A stretch of 64,000 bases of DNA from Rhynchobatus australiae (lineage: Eukaryota), in NCBI GenBank assembly GCA_034780895.1, contig JAUZTB010000107.1, forward strand, positions 24,216,428 to 24,280,427, in the 5' to 3' direction. The notes beneath the pieces are model-generated. The model worked only from the letters and a program-made list of their open reading frames with translations, searched no databases and had not been told where the DNA came from. Below are positions 62,703 to 64,000 of the stretch, piece by piece (position 1 is the stretch's first letter; every line of letters begins with the position of its first letter). Position numbers and translations under genes: made by a program.

Positions 62703-64000
62703 CTGCAAGAAAATGAAAACTTAGTTAGAAATAAGAACATAAATTTGGAATTCATACATAATTAAATAACACATTTTAGCAACCTCACATAAATTTCAAG
62801 TAATATCTGGTATAAATTGAAAAGATTATTAATTTATTAAAGAATGGAGTGGAGGATGTGCACCTGGAACAAGGTCCTTTACATTTGCATCAATTGATAA
62901 TGACTGTAATTGAAACATCAGTTACAGTGACATTGTACAACATGTTTTTTTAACCAGAAAGGCCAATTTTTCAAGCTGTTACGCATGGAAGTTTTCTGCA
63001 TTTTTTGGAATTGCTAACAGGACAGCAATGCTTATCAAAACAGTCATATATAATAAATTGAATTTAGAACTACAAATTAAAGTTCTGTACATTAAAATCC
63101 AACACAATGGGAGTATACNNNNNNNNNNNNNNNNNNNNNNNNNNNNNNNNNNNNNNNNNNNNNNNNNNNNNNNNNNNNNNNNNNNNNNNNNNNNNNNNNN
63201 NNNNNNNNNNNNNNNNNNNNNNNNNNNNNNNNNNNNNNNNNNNNNNNNNNNNNNNNNNNNNNNNNNNNNNNNNNNNNNNNNNNNNNNNNNNNNNNNNNNN
63301 NNNNNNNNNNNNNNNNNNNNNNNNNNNNNNNNNNNNNNNNNNNNNNNNNNNNTGGCCAGAAGCAGAATTTGCAACCTCCTTCAGTTCTGTGTGCTGGTTA
63401 TCATACTTGAGTTTGGCAATTAACCCCAAACTGAATCAATGAGAGTTAGATTGATTCAGGTGTGCCTGGGTCAGGAGGCTCATTTAGGCACAAAATTAGG
63501 TTAGCATTTAGTGCAAAATCTGAGACTATTTAATGTTTGAAATAAAAAGAACAAAGTATTAATATAGTTAAACAATACACTACAACGACTGTTTTCTCTA
63601 TACAGAACTAAAATCTCAGATCCCATATAAACTCAATAAATTCTTGGAAGCTCATTCTTAAGTTGTGAATTTGATTATATTCTCCTTCGGGGAATTTGTA
63701 GCTATTTATATTAGTTGTAAAGTGAACTGGAAACTAAGTAGACTGGAAAAGGATTTCTTGGTTATGAAAACATACAGCCTTTGATATAAAATAATTTGAA
63801 AATCATTCCTTGGCAAATAAATCACAGTAAACCAGATGTCAATGGTTCAAGAAACAGGAATAGTTCTATCTGCAGTGAAGAAATAAACATCTTCCATGTA
63901 TCAGGCAGCATAACCTCAGGATAACAAAACTTCCAATTAAGTAAAATTAAAATAGAAAATGCTGAAAATATTCAGATCAGACAACATCCATGGAAAGAGG

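Noticed and set aside
1-64000. Prokaryotic systems, CRISPR arrays, rRNA or intact viral genes
   Set aside because: None seen. The window is spliced vertebrate genes plus decayed TEs.

Overview
This is AT-rich, repeat-dense vertebrate genomic DNA from a draft assembly with many N gaps. The repeat content (V-SINE/HE1-like SINEs, Deu-domain SINEs, CR1, Penelope-like and Rex1/Babar-like elements) suggests a cartilaginous fish, but that is an inference. Two convergent protein-coding genes fill the window. APPL1 is on the + strand with 20 coding exons at 890-36420, corresponding to human exons 3-22. All its introns are GT-AG, its frame is continuous over 1992 nt, and it ends in the PDZ ligand SEA*. 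ASB14 is on the - strand with its last 6 coding exons at 62702-43806 (ankyrin repeats plus SOCS box). The 5' ends of both genes lie outside the window, and the tail-to-tail APPL1-ASB14 arrangement is the known vertebrate synteny. Introns and the intergenic region are mostly decayed transposons, including nested insertions, two related solo-LTR-like copies and a TA-flanked pogo/Tigger-like MITE. I found no convincing new biological system. The best leads are APPL1 motif changes (loss of the PKA serine next to the OCRL-binding F&H motif, a PH-loop G>R, a QSED duplication), a pre-miRNA-sized intronic hairpin, and Penelope-type repeats with decayed hammerhead cores. Comparisons with human proteins and repeat families are from recalled knowledge, not searches, and repeat boundaries are approximate.
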